Shown: piece by piece, positions 19,972 to 20,000 of the stretch
Position numbering within the stretch: the first letter of the stretch is position 1
Layout: each line of letters starts with the position of its first letter
Assembly (NCBI GenBank): GCA_054600435.1
Contig: BAAIJX010000042.1
Span: 182,455-202,454, forward strand
Direction of reading: 5' to 3'
Source: Neophaeotheca triangularis
Lineage: Eukaryota
Length of the DNA stretch: 20,000 nucleotides
Notes under the pieces: generated by a model
What the model was told of the DNA's origin: nothing
Databases searched by the model: none
What the model saw: the letters and a program-made list of their open reading frames with translations, nothing else
Translations under genes and position numbers: made by a program

Positions 19972-20000
19972 GGGGGGGGGGGGGGGGGGGCCCGGGGGGC
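19972..20000. repeat. Poly-G tract at the window edge
   Basis: 19 G (19972-19990) followed by cccggggggc; possibly low-quality sequence. Confidence 0.85.

Noticed and set aside
1..20000. CRISPR array or prokaryotic operon
   Set aside because: The sequence is spliced eukaryotic DNA, and its repeats are simple satellites without unique spacers.

Overview
Eukaryotic, intron-containing DNA with fungal splice signals (short 51-85 nt introns with CT(A/G)A(C/T)-like branch points), most likely from a filamentous ascomycete. The left part (1-7551) looks like core genome. It holds two tandem minus-strand paralogous protein kinase genes (one canonical, one lacking the Gly-rich loop and carrying HND/DFD motifs), a TMA23-like nucleolar protein gene and a divergently transcribed THG1. 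The right part looks accessory. A TpA-rich, RIP-like stretch is followed by a divergent pair: a Zn(II)2Cys6 transcription factor (9 exons, including a 24-nt micro-exon) and a full-size ABCB/MDR transporter (12 exons). Both genes of this pair carry apparent lesions: a 1-nt frameshift and a probable TGG>TAG in the TF, and a CTG where a splice acceptor AG is expected in the transporter. The window ends with a possible degenerate gene remnant, a ~96-nt tRNA-like/Pol III-type structured element, more RIP-like DNA, tetra- and pentanucleotide satellites and a poly-G run. All exon models were built by hand from splice signals and frame continuity; no database search was run.
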